From a virus (lineage: Duplodnaviria > Caudoviricetes), in the IMG/VR virus record IMGVR_UViG_3300050011_000546, positions 1-51,303 of that record: 51,303 bases of DNA. One strand, 5' to 3'. The notes under the pieces were generated by a model. It had not been told where the DNA came from and did no database searches. It saw only the letters and a list, made by a program, of their open reading frames with translations. Position numbers and translations under genes: made by a program. Below, piece after piece: positions 38,705 to 47,926 of the stretch (its first letter is position 1; the number at the start of each line of letters is the position of its first letter).

Positions 38705-40376
38705 GATGAACCACCAACATGTATTTGCCGGACCGTTTCGAGTCAGCGACGTAATGATGACCGTCCCTCGCCTTCCGCGCACCCGGCGGATATGAGCGCG
38801 GCGTCTTCCGCGCTTCCGTCGCGGCTTTGAGATGCGCGTCGAGCACCGCCATCTTGGCATCGAGCTCGGCCTTGATCCTGGCGAGCTCGATCTCGGCCTG
38901 GTTCTTGACTTGCAGATGGATGGCGTCGTTCTGCGCCTTCTGTTGCTGCGCCTGCATCTGATGCGCGGCGATCGCTTGATCGGACTGCGCCTTCGCCTGC
39001 GCGATTAGCAGTTTCGGATCGGGCGGCGGCGATGGCGGCGCAGGCGGCGGATGCAGCAGTTGTCCGGTCTGCGGGTTGATCGCGCTGGGATCGTTAAAGA
39101 ACTTGTCCGGATTCTTGTGCCCCATGATTCTCGTGATCTCGGCCGCGGTGTTATAAAGCTGGGGATCGCCGACCAGATTGGCCTTGCCGCCCGAAACCAG
39201 CTTCTCCTGGATATTGGCCAGCGCCATCACTTGCGCGAACTGCTGCGCCTTGCCGCCGGAGCCCAGGCCCACATTGATGGTCATGTCGTTGCGGGTTTTC
39301 CAGTTGCGCGGATCGACATTGATCCACGCATTGCGCAGGCGAACCGTCTGCTGCTGCTGGCCGTGCTTGCGGATGGTGCCGTGCAGCAGCGCAAAAATAT
39401 CGCGCACGCCCTCCGCCATGATGCGGGCGATCAACTTCATGCGCATTTGCGAGGCGTTGAAGACCTGCGCCACCGCGGTCGCGGATTGATTCTGCAAGGC
39501 GTCGGCGTCGATGCCCTGGGTTTGCTTGCTGACGCCGGTCCGGCTTTCCAGCTCGGCATCGAGATATTGCATCATCGGATAAACCGACGTCGTGATATCC
39601 GGCACCACCTGCCAGTTCAGCCCGCCCGCGGTCTTGGTGCGGACCACGCCGCCCGGGCGCGACACCAGCAGGTCGTCGAGCGTATTGGGCCCGGCATTGC
39701 TTTCGGCCACTTCCACCCGCGGGTTGTTGTGCAGATAGAGATTATCCAGCGCACCGCGCTTGAGCGCGGGTTTCTCCCGCTGCAGCGGCATCACCAGATC
39801 GGCCATCGAGCGGCCGAAAAAGCGATGCGTCATCGGTACCGGCGTGGTCGTCGCGAACGGGATCGCGTCGAACGGCTCGACGCAGTCCTTACCGTCCTTG
39901 CGCAGGATTTCGCCCTGATCGCCGCCGGTGATGACCTGATAGAGACAGGCGCGGCCGTTGCCGTCGTAATCCATCCGCACATAGTGCTCGGTAATGCGAA
40001 CAAGACGCGCCGCCGAATTGACGCCGCCGGCCGAGGTGCTGTAATGCTCCTCCACGGTATCGCGGGCCAGCGTTTCGATCTCGGTATTGCCGGTGTAATC
40101 GCCAAGCGATTTGATTTGATCTTCGTCGAATCCTTCCGCGATCAGCTGACTTTCGGTTTTGGTCACGACTTCATGGAAACAGTAGTTGCAGGTCTTGACG
40201 TCCCGCGCGCCGCGCTCGATGCCGAATTCTTCCGGGGGCACGCCCAGCACCCTGGCCTGGGCGAGTTTCCTCGTCGTGACGATGGTGACGTCGTGGGTGA
40301 CGGGCGTGGCCATCGGAGGCATTGCCTGCATAAGGGGAACAGTCGCCTGCGTGGCGTAATTTCCGGCGGCTTTCAT
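38697..40376 (-). CDS. Portal protein, C-terminal part
   Basis: VPPEEF, PF...P.P.THRFFGRS, LDNLYLHNNP, ESRTGVS, TINVGLG. Confidence 0.85.
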   Translation of the reverse strand: MKAAGNYATQATVPLMQAMPPMATPVTHDVTIVTTRKLAQARVLGVPPEEFGIERGARDVKTCNYCFHEVVTKTESQLIAEGFDEDQIKSLGDYTGNTEIETLARDTVEEHYSTSAGGVNSAARLVRITEHYVRMDYDGNGRACLYQVITGGDQGEILRKDGKDCVEPFDAIPFATTTPVPMTHRFFGRSMADLVMPLQREKPALKRGALDNLYLHNNPRVEVAESNAGPNTLDDLLVSRPGGVVRTKTAGGLNWQVVPDITTSVYPMMQYLDAELESRTGVSKQTQGIDADALQNQSATAVAQVFNASQMRMKLIARIMAEGVRDIFALLHGTIRKHGQQQQTVRLRNAWINVDPRNWKTRNDMTINVGLGSGGKAQQFAQVMALANIQEKLVSGGKANLVGDPQLYNTAAEITRIMGHKNPDKFFNDPSAINPQTGQLLHPPPAPPSPPPDPKLLIAQAKAQSDQAIAAHQMQAQQQKAQNDAIHLQVKNQAEIELARIKAELDAKMAVLDAHLKAATEARKTPRSYPPGARKARDGHHYVADSKRSGKYMLVVHHA

Positions 40377-40951
40377 CAGCTCGTCGCCTCCGACTCTTGT
40401 GCGGTGTCCAGCGCGTTGTGGATGGTATGCGCGATAATTTTCATGGCGCCGTCCGACATCTCGACCGCCTGCGCCAGCAGGGCGAACTGGTCATCCGTCA
40501 GATCGTAATAGGTTTCGCGTTCTTCCTCTTCGCGCTCTTCCCACCAGACCTTGACGATGCCGACCTTCGACAACAACGCGTCCTTGATGAAGGAATACAG
40601 GATCATGAAGCCGGGATTCTGCTGCATGAAGACGTGATTGACATAATCTGTCTCCTGCGCGGCCGCCGCTTCATCCTCGGGACCAACCGGCTCGAAGCGG
40701 ACCACTTCATCGGAGCCGGCAAAGATATCCATCAAGTTCGGCATCAGGCCTTCGATGGTATCGGCCACGTCGGTCGAAACCGCGCGCGAGCGCCCGTCCT
40801 GCGCCGGCATGTCGCTGGACATGTCGCCGAGATAGTAATCCATCGCATCGGCGCACTCTTCAGCGAGTTGTGCTGCCGAGATCGCCGCCAAGGCGTTGGC
40901 CTTTTCCGAGGCCAGCATGGATTTGAGATCGAGAACGGACATTTTGGGCAT
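40376..40951 (-). CDS. Portal protein, N-terminal part
   Basis: DYYLG...GRSRAVSTDVADTIE...F.P...ED...A.QETDYVN...KDALL.K.GIVKVWW. Confidence 0.85.
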   Translation of the reverse strand: MPKMSVLDLKSMLASEKANALAAISAAQLAEECADAMDYYLGDMSSDMPAQDGRSRAVSTDVADTIEGLMPNLMDIFAGSDEVVRFEPVGPEDEAAAAQETDYVNHVFMQQNPGFMILYSFIKDALLSKVGIVKVWWEEREEEERETYYDLTDDQFALLAQAVEMSDGAMKIIAHTIHNALDTAQESEATS

Positions 40952-41155
40952 CGGGTGAGGTCTCGGTTTGAAGGAGATTTAGGTTTCAGACACTCGTCAT
41001 TCCGGGGCGCGGGCGGCGCGAACCCGGAATCTCAAGATCCGTGGCTGGGCTTTATGAGCCGTCCGGGATGATGCCCCTGGCTCTGTTATGCACAGCGCAA
41101 AGCCAAGGTTCTCGTTGCCCGACCAAAATCAGGCGCCACGCCATTCAAGATTGGA

Positions 41156-41975
41156 TCAGCGCCTATAAAGCGGACTGAAGATCGGCGGCACCTGAAATTC
41201 GGTGGGATTCTCAGGCTCTACGCCCGCCAGGGAAGCGATCCATTTATTGATGTTGCCGTAGGCCGAAGCGTAGTTTGACAGTGTGAAGGGCGGCGGCGGT
41301 TTGGCAGGATCAAAAACGTACGCCGGCGAATTGTCGGCGTTGGATGGCGACGGTGTCGGCGCTGCAGGCGCGGATGCCGGACCATCGGGGGCCGCCGAGT
41401 TCCTGTATTTCTCCAGCGCACGCAAGAGCGCAGAATCGGCATCGTCCAAACTACCTGCCGGTTAGGTATTCACTCGTGCCGCTCCAAACGGAATTTCCTG
41501 CCAACGGATGGGGTGAGGTCTCAAGACTAGGATCGTAACTAACGACTACTTCGTGAGACGGTTCTTTCGTAGAGCGCACTGCGTCAAAATGGGCCTTTTC
41601 ATTCGGCCCCAAATCGATACATCCAGCTGATCCCGGGGTAAAGCCGCCGTGGATGAAGAAGTTTTTTCGACCATTGGTCGACGTTGAATCCGGCACAAGC
41701 GCTGCGCGTTCCGTGCCCCAAGCAGCCATCGATCCCGGAAACCGCCCATGCTTCGGTACCAACCCTGCCACCGCATCAAACGTAGTTAGAGGCTGGATGT
41801 CATCTGTCGAAAAAGAATATCTTCCTTCGGTAAGCGGTCCCCTGAACGGCAAATTCTGATCGCTAGGCCTTTGATTTCTACTCCTGCCCGAGATGGCTGG
41901 CCAAGATCCCACAATCGAGCCATCAGGACGATAGAGCGTCAGGGAGTATCCATCAAAAACGCTTCGATCAGCCAT
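41156..41975 (-). pseudogene. Class A cargo with Tlde1/DUF2778 L,D-transpeptidase-like domain; tail disconnected
   Basis: WG.ERAAL.P...GRKNFFIHGGFTPGSAGCIDL; stop at 41451 separates it from the IFSPLYRR tail (41156-41449). Confidence 0.75.
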
Positions 41976-41995
41976 CGTTTGTTCTACCACTCGGG

Positions 41996-42334
41996 TTAGC
42001 AATAACTCATATCAAAAAATGACAGCAACGGTTCACCAAGCAACCAGGCAGCCCAGGCAATCAAGTAGACAAGCAAATAGTTTCGTTGCGCGAGCCAATA
42101 TAAGCCCAGCAGCACGGCTATATCCACGCAGATTAACGTGAGATGAGTGAATAGGTATCGCTCAAAACTTCCGTACATCCAGCAATATTCAACGCCTCTT
42201 TCGCCAATGAACTCACGCGTCGCGTTCAAAGTTAAGAGAAGAACCATCGCGCCTAGACCAACCAAAGCAGCCGCGGCATAAATTGGATAGAACATCCATC
42301 GCTGGCGAGACGTAGATATGTTTTTGTTGGACAT
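41996..42334 (-). CDS. 3-TM membrane protein, candidate immunity for the Tlde1-like cargo
   Basis: Hydrophobic; directly upstream of the cargo and downstream of a 24-bp motif. Confidence 0.55.
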   Translation of the reverse strand: MSNKNISTSRQRWMFYPIYAAAALVGLGAMVLLLTLNATREFIGERGVEYCWMYGSFERYLFTHLTLICVDIAVLLGLYWLAQRNYLLVYLIAWAAWLLGEPLLSFFDMSYC

Positions 42335-42517
42335 GGGCTCGACCAGGACCTGAAATACATATTACGCCAACTGTGCTCGTTGGAAGAACAAGACTACGTC
42401 AATTCTTGCCATGCTGCAGGAACGTTGCGTGTAGCTCCTATTATTTATCGCGGATAATTTCAGGATATTTTGTGCAGTTTCCTCCCCGCGGTTGCGACTA
42501 CGTCGCGCTGGATCGGA

Positions 42518-43546
42518 TCAGCGCCGATAGAACGGACTGAAGATCGGTGGCGGCGAAAACTCCGTGGGGTCGTCGGGATCGATGCCTGTCAAAGAAGCTA
42601 TCCATTTATCAATGTTGCTGAGCGCCGAAGCGTAGTTTGACGGCGTGAAGGCCGGCGGCGGCTTGGTCGGATCGAATACGAGTGCTGGCGAATTATCGGG
42701 GCTGGATGGCGCGAGCGTTGGCTCCGCTGCAACAGACGCCGGATCAGGAACCGCTGATCTCCTGTACTTCTCCAGCGCACGCAAGAGCGGAGAATTGGCA
42801 TCGCTGGCGCCGCTTGCGGGAGCGGAGCCCCAGTTTCCGAAGCGGTTGTCAAACGATTCGGGACGATCGGAGGGGGCTGGCGCGGAAATGCCTACCGGAG
42901 CGGAGCCCCATTTTTCAAAGCGATCGCCGAACGAATTTTGACGATCGGGAGAAAGAACATCATTATGCGGAACGAACGGCACGGCGGGCGCTCTTGCCAC
43001 GTCCGGTGCGTTACCAAATCCGTTGCCTGCATTGACGCCGAGACCCTGCAAGTATTGTTGGTATTCTTGAAGATAAGCCGGCGGACTTGGATTGGGGTCG
43101 ACGGGGCCTTGTCGATCCCAGAAGGCGGTTGGATTTACTATATTTCCTGCAGGATCCTTCAATTGATAGTGAACGTGTTGTTGCTCGGTGCCGGTGTTGC
43201 CCATCGTACCGATCAACTGGCCTGCGGCAACCGGGTCGCCTGCCGTCAGAAACTGAGTATGGGTATGCAATATTTCGTGAGAAAAGCCATTCTTGTCCCG
43301 TATGGCTATTCTTCCAAAAGTGCCCTCTCCCGGTTTTGTTGTCACGATTCCGGAGACTGGCGAGCGCAGCGCCGGGTGCGTGAGATTGATTCCCGTCGGT
43401 CCAACCGAATAGTTGAAATCTACGCCGCCGTGAGGAATCGATGAGGGCGGCGTTCTACCCTTTACCGCTCCATACGGACTGGTGATTTCGGGCGAAACGC
43501 CGCCGATCGGAGGCAACACTCGCCGCATGATGCCTTTCCACGACAT
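42518..43546 (-). CDS. Class A cargo with M23 metallopeptidase domain
   Basis: ITSPYG, HGGVD (HxxxD), GQLIGTMGNTG, HVHY (HxH); ends PPIFSPFYRR; no signal peptide. Confidence 0.85.
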   Translation of the reverse strand: MSWKGIMRRVLPPIGGVSPEITSPYGAVKGRTPPSSIPHGGVDFNYSVGPTGINLTHPALRSPVSGIVTTKPGEGTFGRIAIRDKNGFSHEILHTHTQFLTAGDPVAAGQLIGTMGNTGTEQQHVHYQLKDPAGNIVNPTAFWDRQGPVDPNPSPPAYLQEYQQYLQGLGVNAGNGFGNAPDVARAPAVPFVPHNDVLSPDRQNSFGDRFEKWGSAPVGISAPAPSDRPESFDNRFGNWGSAPASGASDANSPLLRALEKYRRSAVPDPASVAAEPTLAPSSPDNSPALVFDPTKPPPAFTPSNYASALSNIDKWIASLTGIDPDDPTEFSPPPIFSPFYRR

Positions 43547-43849
43547 TTCTGATCTCCTTTGTGCGTGACTTTCTGCAATGACGCAGAATGCTGCCGCGTT
43601 AAATCGATTTCCTGTGCCAAATTATCGCGGCCACCGAGCGCGAGGTATCGGCGCGTTTGAGTGATCGATATTGCACGGCCTCAATCTTGGGCACCCCCTC
43701 GGCGGGCACTCAACCAAAAACTGATAAAGTTTTATTCGTTGGAAATTGCGGTCATCCCGGCATAAACCGTAAGCTGCCAGCGATCGGCTATTAGTCTAAT
43801 TGAATTACAAACCGAAGGGCCGTCGCATCGTCATGTTTATCAACGAGTG

Positions 43850-44536
43850 TTACGTCGACCGATCGGATATACCGTAGAGAAACCAGCAACCTTGCGTCTT
43901 CCGAAAACTATAGAATACTATCACTCCAGTGTCCGGCAACGTTACTAAAACAGTCACGCGTGAGGGGTCGGTTATCGTCTCTTCCGGAAAAACGTTTTCA
44001 CCGGTCTTGGAGTTTTTGATCGTCGTAATTTCGGTTCTAAGTCCCTGTTTTTTCATCTGCAACAAAGTCGGATAAACCGTGCCACTCTTCGGATAATAGT
44101 TTGGTATCTTTTCGAACTTGTTGACCATGCTCGACTTGAAAGCGTCGTTTTCCTTGTCCGCGCCGATTAGACTCACGTCTAAAAGTCCGAATTCGAGCGG
44201 CAGGTGCGTGTATTTCCGTTGCAACACGGGGCTATTTGAAAAGGCGCGCAAGAATAGGGTAAAATCCGCAGACGGACATTTATCGCTCTTGCCTGCTACC
44301 GTGACGTTTGGCGTCGCAGGACGTCCATCCGGATCTGCCAAGGCGGGACCAGATACGGACACCATCCCGGCAAGGAGGAGCGACCTGAAGCCGTAGCCCA
44401 ACCCGGTTGTCGATCCGATACAGCCCGAGGTAGCCTTCAGGATACTTATTATGACAGCAAAATCTGCTCGAACCCGCGGCCGAGCGCACGGCACCTCGCC
44501 GATATACTGCAAACCATTCAGCAGATTCTCGCCCAT
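43850..44536 (-). CDS. Exported protein, candidate M23 immunity (DUF4348-like; start uncertain)
   Basis: ALA signal cleavage; CPSADFTLFLRAFS...YSFRKTQGCWFL. Confidence 0.6.
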   Translation of the reverse strand: MGENLLNGLQYIGEVPCARPRVRADFAVIISILKATSGCIGSTTGLGYGFRSLLLAGMVSVSGPALADPDGRPATPNVTVAGKSDKCPSADFTLFLRAFSNSPVLQRKYTHLPLEFGLLDVSLIGADKENDAFKSSMVNKFEKIPNYYPKSGTVYPTLLQMKKQGLRTEITTIKNSKTGENVFPEETITDPSRVTVLVTLPDTGVIVFYSFRKTQGCWFLYGISDRST

Positions 44537-44767
44537 AAATCACCCACCCGACGGGAGAAGCTTTTCAGTACGACATAGCCGTGCATACTAGAAAATCTTG
44601 TGTTAGGTGTAAATTGAAGAAATACAGCAAGCTCTCTGTGGGTAGGCTGTTAGAGGCTTGAAATGGCCGCCGTAAGGCGCATTTTCGTCCAGCTGATTTT
44701 TTGAGTCATTTGAACCTATCGAAGAATATTGCCCCGTTGTGACGACCTGATAGCGAACAATATCCCC

Positions 44768-46054
44768 TCACACCCACCCCTGCTCCGCATACCGGATCGC
44801 CCGGTTGAAATTTCCCGCCCGGCCCGGCTCCTCATAACAAATCGCCATCAGACCCAGCGCGTCGGCGGCGTGGCTGGACCAATCGTGCTCCGGCCCAAGC
44901 CCGACGTTGCGGGTCTCGTCCTTGCGTTCGTGATAGAAGCCGATGGCGTCGCGGCCCGGTTCGGTGGTTTCCTCGTTCCACCAGATCTGCGCGCCCAGCC
45001 GGCGCAGCGCCTCGATGCGCATCATCGCGGCGCCCTTGCCCTGGTTCCTCACCGGCGGCTCGACCCTGAAGCCGGCTTCGCGCAGATGATCTTCATAGCG
45101 CTTGCCGGTGATGTTGTTTTCGTTGACGCCGTCATGCGGCAGGTGGACGATGACATCGTGATAGCCGCGCGAGCGCAACCAATTGACGTGAAACGCCAGC
45201 ACCTGGCCGACCGCCTCGTAGTAATCGAGCACGCGGATTTCCTGCCCCACCCATTGCACGATCCAGATCGTGAAGGCATCGGCAAAAGCGCCGGCGCCGC
45301 CGATGTCGACAAAGGCGCGCAGCGGCAACAGCGGATCGGCGGTGACTTTGCCGATCCGGCCCTTGGCTCGCGCCTCCGACAGCATCGCTGCAAAATATGC
45401 GCCCTCGAAGGCGCTGACGTAGTCGCCCTCCCATATGTGGTCGTAGCGATCGGGATAGAGCTGCAGATCGGTTTTGCGTTCGTCTTCCAGCACGGAAGGA
45501 AACCACGGATTGTCGCGCCAGTTGGCCTTGACGACGATCGATCCCTGCGGCTCGCGCCGCCGGAAAAAATCGTCAATCGCATCGCTCTTCCGTCGGGGAT
45601 TCCAGCTCGCCCACAGCTCTGATTGGTTGGCGCGGATGGTGGGGCGAAGCAGCGAGAGACTGCGTGCGCTCAAGGTTTGCGCTTCATCGACCCAGGCGAT
45701 CCGAAAGCCCTCCAGCGACTTGATCGACTCCGAAGTGTGATCCTGCATGCCGCGAAAGATGATCATGCCGTCGCCGGGCGTTTCGATCCGGTCGGCGAAA
45801 CTCTTGAAGCGGTGGCCGAGGCCGAGTGAACCGATCTTGCTCTCGATCAGCCGCTTGGAGGATTGCGCCAGTGTCTTCTGCGCCTCGCGAATGCAAACCG
45901 CCAGCATGCCCTTCTCGGCCTGGCAGGCCTCAACCAGCATCTCTCCGAAAAAATGCGACTTGCCTGAACCGCGTCCCCCCCAAGCCCCTTTGTAGCGCGA
46001 TGGCTGCAGCAGCGGTTCAAAGATCTTGGCTGTCGGGATTTTCAGGGTGGACAA
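44768..46054 (-). CDS. terL: Terminase large subunit (PBSX-like)
   Basis: Walker A GGRGSGKS, Walker B AWVDEA, SWNP, nuclease DIG...D and HDWSSHAADA; TTG start. Confidence 0.93.
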   Translation of the reverse strand: MSTLKIPTAKIFEPLLQPSRYKGAWGGRGSGKSHFFGEMLVEACQAEKGMLAVCIREAQKTLAQSSKRLIESKIGSLGLGHRFKSFADRIETPGDGMIIFRGMQDHTSESIKSLEGFRIAWVDEAQTLSARSLSLLRPTIRANQSELWASWNPRRKSDAIDDFFRRREPQGSIVVKANWRDNPWFPSVLEDERKTDLQLYPDRYDHIWEGDYVSAFEGAYFAAMLSEARAKGRIGKVTADPLLPLRAFVDIGGAGAFADAFTIWIVQWVGQEIRVLDYYEAVGQVLAFHVNWLRSRGYHDVIVHLPHDGVNENNITGKRYEDHLREAGFRVEPPVRNQGKGAAMMRIEALRRLGAQIWWNEETTEPGRDAIGFYHERKDETRNVGLGPEHDWSSHAADALGLMAICYEEPGRAGNFNRAIRYAEQGWV

Positions 46055-46550
46055 TGACGCGCTCGATTCTGTAGGCCACCTCCGCGTCCATTCAGCGCCG
46101 ATAGAGCGGACTGAAGACCGGCGGCACCTGAAACCGCGTGGGATCGTCGGGGTCGACGCTTGCCAGCGAAGCGATCCATTTTTCGATGCTGCCGTTGCCG
46201 GTTGCGGAAGAATAGTCAGGAGGAGCGAACATCGGCAGCACGGACTGGTATGGATTTGGTGCGTTGATGCCCGGAGAGGATGCAGGTGCTTGCGATTGGT
46301 CGGCGGTTAGCTGGTTCAGGTATTGAAGAAACATCTTGCTGTAGGAAGGCGCCGAATCCTGGGATTGCTGCGGAGTGTCCCCTGCCTCGGTTGAAGCCCA
46401 GTTTCCGAAGCGGTCGCCGAACGACTCCCCACGATCGGAAACGAGAAAACCGTTGGACGGAGATGGCGCTGCCGGTGCGCCGCTATCGAATGCGGATGTT
46501 CGCGGATCGTCGACGATTTGCCCGACCAAACGTCGCACTGGCAGTGGAGG
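46030..46550. repeat. ~520-bp direct repeat (cargo tail plus terS/terL junction); second copy at about 47865-48380
   Basis: Near-identical nucleotide sequence in both copies. Confidence 0.85.
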
Positions 46551-47174
46551 CTGACCGGGGGCGCGAACTCCGTCAGGCGCAACCGACCCGCTCAAAGGGA
46601 AAGGCATCGGCGTCGCGGTGTTGATAGGATTTGCTAACTGCTTTTCAAAACCAGGGACGTAGAAGGACCGGGTTTCGCCACTAACGGGATCGAACACCAG
46701 CTGACGATCAAATCTTTCCGGAAACCTGGTTCCCGGCCCAAAAAATCCCGCACGTTGCAGCGCCCCACCCGCAAAAGAGTTACTGTTTTGAGAGACCGGA
46801 CGATATTCATATCCGGTCGAATTCACCTCGTCGGCAAAGTCTTTCATCAGCGCCCAGCGGGAACTCAAATCATCGCCTTCGGCGACCATCGTATGCGTTT
46901 GATTCAGAGGAACATCGATATCTTCACCTGGCAAGGCTCGCAATCGCTGAAACGGCGAATCTCGATTGTTCGCGCCGTCTGAAAATATCTCTTCACGAAC
47001 AAATGCCCCCAGTTTATCGATATTGTGATCAAACTTGGTTTCCGGCACGCCCTGAAGCGTGTGGTGATAACCATCGGAGTCGACATAGTTCAGTACAATA
47101 TGATGCCCAAGCACAGAGCCTTGGTAAGGTACAGCGGTCGCATTGGCGTAGGTAAGAAAAATTCTTTCAGGCAT
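46092..47174 (-). CDS. Class A cargo with permuted papain-like (H...QNSNSF) domain
   Basis: GHHIVLNY ... YEYRPVSQNSNSF; ends VPPVFSPLYRR. Confidence 0.6.
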   Translation of the reverse strand: MPERIFLTYANATAVPYQGSVLGHHIVLNYVDSDGYHHTLQGVPETKFDHNIDKLGAFVREEIFSDGANNRDSPFQRLRALPGEDIDVPLNQTHTMVAEGDDLSSRWALMKDFADEVNSTGYEYRPVSQNSNSFAGGALQRAGFFGPGTRFPERFDRQLVFDPVSGETRSFYVPGFEKQLANPINTATPMPFPLSGSVAPDGVRAPGQPPLPVRRLVGQIVDDPRTSAFDSGAPAAPSPSNGFLVSDRGESFGDRFGNWASTEAGDTPQQSQDSAPSYSKMFLQYLNQLTADQSQAPASSPGINAPNPYQSVLPMFAPPDYSSATGNGSIEKWIASLASVDPDDPTRFQVPPVFSPLYRR

Positions 47175-47186
47175 CTGGTAAATCCG

Positions 47187-47693
47187 CTACTTGTGGACCC
47201 ATCCGGCAGTGTAGATGTCGGGGCCCGCCTTTTTCTTGGAAACGTTGTATGTAAAGCCAACCAACACGTCATCGCTTGAGAAATGTATTAAATACTCTGT
47301 CGTGCGAGGCATATAAGATATTGAACGAATAAAATTCGATTTTCTGACCGCGTCCAGCAAGGCATCCACCTCACAATCCCGAAACGGGAAATATTTTTCA
47401 TTGAGATCATTATACGGAGTGATCCAATTTCTCTCTTTCGAAAGTAATTGGTCAAGTTCGGCGACATACGAAGAAACCTTCGCAATACACGAAGCGGAAT
47501 CGGCGCGGGCGCTCGGTGCTTGCGCCAAACACAAAAAGATCACACTAGCCGCTGCGACGCGACGTAGTCTTCGCTGCCTTCCCGTGGAAGCACGCATTTT
47601 TTCTTCTATGGAGATTTTGGTCATTTGAGCCATCGAAACGACGACGAAAACGGCGATCGAACCGTCACCACGAGTAGAAAGCTCGCCGATCAT
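47187..47693 (-). CDS. Exported protein, candidate immunity (start uncertain)
   Basis: Signal peptide ending ARA-DS; two Cys; upstream of the cargo. Confidence 0.6.
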   Translation of the reverse strand: MIGELSTRGDGSIAVFVVVSMAQMTKISIEEKMRASTGRQRRLRRVAAASVIFLCLAQAPSARADSASCIAKVSSYVAELDQLLSKERNWITPYNDLNEKYFPFRDCEVDALLDAVRKSNFIRSISYMPRTTEYLIHFSSDDVLVGFTYNVSKKKAGPDIYTAGWVHK

Positions 47694-47719
47694 CCGGTCC
47701 TCGCGAGCGCTTTTCGTGA

Positions 47720-47905
47720 AGCTCCCTGTTATTTATCGCCAATGATTTCAGGATTTTTTGTGCAGTCCCGCCGCACGGCTGCCACATCGCCCAATCGGAT
47801 CCGCGCCTATAGAGCGGACTGAAGATCGGCGGCACCGGAAACCGCGGGGGCTCGGAAATTTTAGCTGTCGGGATTCTCAGGGTGGACAATGACGCGCTCG
47901 ATTCT
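47720..47905. repeat. terS/terL junction, PLYR remnant and 24-bp motif; second copy at about 50910-51100
   Basis: Near-identical ~190-bp blocks. Confidence 0.85.
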
Positions 47906-47926
47906 GTAGGTCACCTCCGCGTCCAT

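Noticed and set aside
39051-41071. Long plus-strand ORFs (485 and 224 aa)
   Set aside because: Antisense shadows of the high-GC portal genes
44729-45622. 297-aa plus-strand ORF
   Set aside because: Antisense shadow of terL
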